The notes under the pieces are model-generated. The model saw only the letters and a program-made list of their open reading frames with translations. It made no database searches and was not told the DNA's origin. From the IMG/VR virus record IMGVR_UViG_3300014137_000003: 64,000 nucleotides of DNA, one strand, 5' to 3'. The position numbers and the translations under genes were made by a program. This stretch comes from a virus. Shown in pieces: positions 62,055-64,000 of this stretch; position 1 is the first letter of the stretch, and each line of letters opens with the position of its first letter.

Positions 62055-64000
62055 ATGAAAGAAATTAAGTTAGTTAGTAAACAAGGTTTCCGTATGTGGA
62101 AATCAGGTAAAATTTGGTTAACTTCTGGTGCCGTTGCAGGTGTGGCAGTAGTAGCCCTTGCAGGAGGTACTGTTAAAGCGGATGAAAATACTGCAGCAAC
62201 AACTTCGGGTGCACCGACAACTGCCGTAACTGCTCCAGCTCCTGCAGCAACAACTGCACCAGCAGCTCCGGTGGCAGCTACTACAACTCCAGCTCCAGCA
62301 GCAACAACTCCAGCTCCAGCAGCAACTGCTGAAACTCCTGCAGCTACAACAACTGCTCCAGCAACTTCAACTGCTCCATCTGAACCTACTGGCGTAGCCG
62401 TAACTGAGGGTTCTATTACAAATGATACTGCCACTGGTTTGGCAGCTAATAACCTTAAGGATGCAGCAGCAGGTCGTTCTGAAGAAGGAAAACAAGCTGA
62501 TTCTAACGCAGGTAAAGTTACTGGTGAAACATCAGTATCTATCGACCACAAAGAAGTAACTGACGCAGCTAAAAAGGCTGAAGGTGTTGGTGTAAAAGTG
62601 GTTCAAGACCCTACATCTGTAGCTCCTACAGCATCAAATGCATCACAAGCTGAAAAATCTAAAGGTTCAATCGTAGCTAAAGAGCATGCAAAAGCAGAAG
62701 AATTGAAATCAACTGCTACTGCACATTCAACTGCAGTGTCTAACTGGACAGCAGAAAAGAATTCTGTAGTTAAAGCAAATGAAGATTTGAATAATGCTCA
62801 CAAATCAGCAGTCGAAGCTTACAACAAATTTGTATCAACTTTAGATGCAGATACTGCAGCAGTAGTTGCAAAACACAAAGATGCTATCATCAAAACTACT
62901 GAAAAAGTACAAAACCTTGCTGACGGTTCTACCGTAGAGGGGTATCAAGCTTACATTAAATCACTCGCTGATCAACAAGCTTTGAACAAACAAGCTATTG
63001 CTGATTACTTGGCTAAAAAGGCAGAATTCGATGCAACTTCTGCTAAAGCTAAAGCAACTGTAGCAGAAAATGCTAGTCTTTCTGCTAGTGTAGTAGCTAA
63101 GAACAACAGCCTTTCTGCAAGTGTTGTAGCTAAAAACAACAGTCTTTCTGCAAGTGCAGTAGCAGAAACTGCTAGTCGTTCTAACTCTGCGAAAGCTGAA
63201 AACGAACGTTTGTCTCTATCAGCACAAAAAGCTACTGATGGTACTAACGCTACTGCATCAAACGCAGCTAAAAAAGTCAATGACGAAGCTAATGCCTACA
63301 ACAAATCTGTTATGGAAGCAGCAGGTCTTCAATGGACTGGTGATTACGCTAAAGATAGTGCCACTGTAGAAGCTTACAACTCTAAGAAATCAAAAGAAGC
63401 TAACTCTTCTGAAGACCCAGTATTTAACGGTGGTTACGACCGTAATCAAGCTCTTCCAGCAGCAGCTAACGGTTACACACCTAGCGGATCTTCAACTATG
63501 TTGAGCAAGGTTGAAGTTGCACCAGGTATTGAAGCCATCGCAACTGGTGACCTTACACAACACGGTGCTAAAGTTCACTTGCGTGGTGATAATGTTAACC
63601 CAGCTAAAATCGTTACAAAAGTAAACTGGGGTAACGTCGAACTTGAAGGTGATAACAAACGTACTTTCGTACCAGGTGACAACAATGACATTTGGGGTAA
63701 CACTTATGGATATGCAAGTGGTGGAGCTAATCGTTTCTACATTGTAAACCAACTTCAATGGTACAAGATTCCTAATGGTGCCACTACAATGGATGGTACA
63801 GTTCATGACCTTTGGGTAATGTTCCACAAAGATGCAACAGGTTTGCACCCAGCTTATCAAACTGGTGAAGTAGCCGTTTGGAACGCAAATGGTGCAGTTA
63901 ACGCCATTGACGGTGGTACAGAACACCTTAGCGACCGCCCAGGGGATGGTATTCGTGCAGTCTACTCTCTAGACACACCTGACAACCATGACCCAGAAGT
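62055..64000 (+). CDS. Cell-surface adhesin, antigen I/II-like (5' part; runs off the window)
   Basis: Not in the ORF track because there is no stop in the window. ATG 62055 after GAGGTG. KxYKxGKxW-type signal (GFRMWKSGKIWL). TAPA/TTPAPAA repeats; Ala-rich heptad region with 33-bp repeats (SLSASVVAKNN x3); then a lectin-like V-region-type segment (WGNVELEGDNKRTF..RFYIVNQLQWYKIPNG). Confidence 0.7.
   Translation, partial: MKEIKLVSKQGFRMWKSGKIWLTSGAVAGVAVVALAGGTVKADENTAATTSGAPTTAVTAPAPAATTAPAAPVAATTTPAPAATTPAPAATAETPAATTTAPATSTAPSEPTGVAVTEGSITNDTATGLAANNLKDAAAGRSEEGKQADSNAGKVTGETSVSIDHKEVTDAAKKAEGVGVKVVQDPTSVAPTASNASQAEKSKGSIVAKEHAKAEELKSTATAHSTAVSNWTAEKNSVVKANEDLNNAHKSAVEAYNKFVSTLDADTAAVVAKHKDAIIKTTEKVQNLADGSTVEGYQAYIKSLADQQALNKQAIADYLAKKAEFDATSAKAKATVAENASLSASVVAKNNSLSASVVAKNNSLSASAVAETASRSNSAKAENERLSLSAQKATDGTNATASNAAKKVNDEANAYNKSVMEAAGLQWTGDYAKDSATVEAYNSKKSKEANSSEDPVFNGGYDRNQALPAAANGYTPSGSSTMLSKVEVAPGIEAIATGDLTQHGAKVHLRGDNVNPAKIVTKVNWGNVELEGDNKRTFVPGDNNDIWGNTYGYASGGANRFYIVNQLQWYKIPNGATTMDGTVHDLWVMFHKDATGLHPAYQTGEVAVWNANGAVNAIDGGTEHLSDRPGDGIRAVYSLDTPDNHDPE

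Noticed and set aside
62036-63926. Three minus-strand ORFs (62036-62551, 63005-63280, 63492-63926)
   Set aside because: They are shadows of the long + strand adhesin ORF, which has an RBS, a signal peptide and recognisable AgI/II-like regions. The track omits that ORF because it has no stop codon inside the window.
1-64000. Confident call of a tailed phage
   Set aside because: I recognised no terminase, portal, capsid, tail, holin or endolysin gene in 64 kb, and equally no relaxase or T4SS genes. The element type cannot be decided from this window.

Overview
AT-rich 64-kb stretch of a large mobile element from a low-GC Firmicute, probably Lactobacillales (KxYKxGKxW-type signal peptide, antigen I/II-like adhesin). 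It may be a big phage, a phage-plasmid or a giant extrachromosomal/conjugative element. All ~75 credible genes lie on the + strand, tightly packed with Shine-Dalgarno sites, extended -10 promoters and rho-independent terminators. Every minus-strand ORF in the track is nested in a + strand gene and looks like a shadow ORF. I recognised no virion, lysis, integrase, relaxase or T4SS genes, so the element type stays open.

Recognisable content:
- DNA metabolism: an SbcD/Mre11-like nuclease, a Walker-A-less Rad50-like ATPase lobe, a 1448-aa FtsK/HerA-like ATPase, a UvrD-family helicase, a RecJ-like DHH exonuclease, an SF2 DEAH helicase and a FEN/5'-3' exonuclease.
- DNA-binding, modification and anti-restriction: HU, a PC4/YdbC-like ssDNA binder, a ParB-like protein, ArdC, a small SAM methyltransferase, and a DNA methyltransferase split by an ORF-less group I intron.
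- Host-machinery mimics: SmpB, a J-domain-only protein and tRNA-Arg(CCU).
- An actin-like (ParM/Alp) cassette.
- An FHA / PP2C / receptor Ser-Thr kinase cassette linked to two membrane proteins.
- Several tandem paralog families, and the 5' part of an antigen I/II-like adhesin.

Most unusual signals:
1. The hexamer GGGGTA occurs about once per 280 bp on the + strand only, in all reading frames, in intergenic DNA and inside the intron.
2. Arrays of TTTTCCGAAA boxes phased every 21 bp flank the UvrD-like helicase gene.
3. A ~570-bp GT-skewed non-coding region carries TGTGG repeats.
4. A G11 tract shifts the reading frame inside a CDS.
5. The kinase cassette's neighbouring membrane proteins carry repeated acidic T-D-V-(I/L) tails that look like FHA-binding phosphosites.

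All motif counts are hand counts on sampled stretches, not a full computation.
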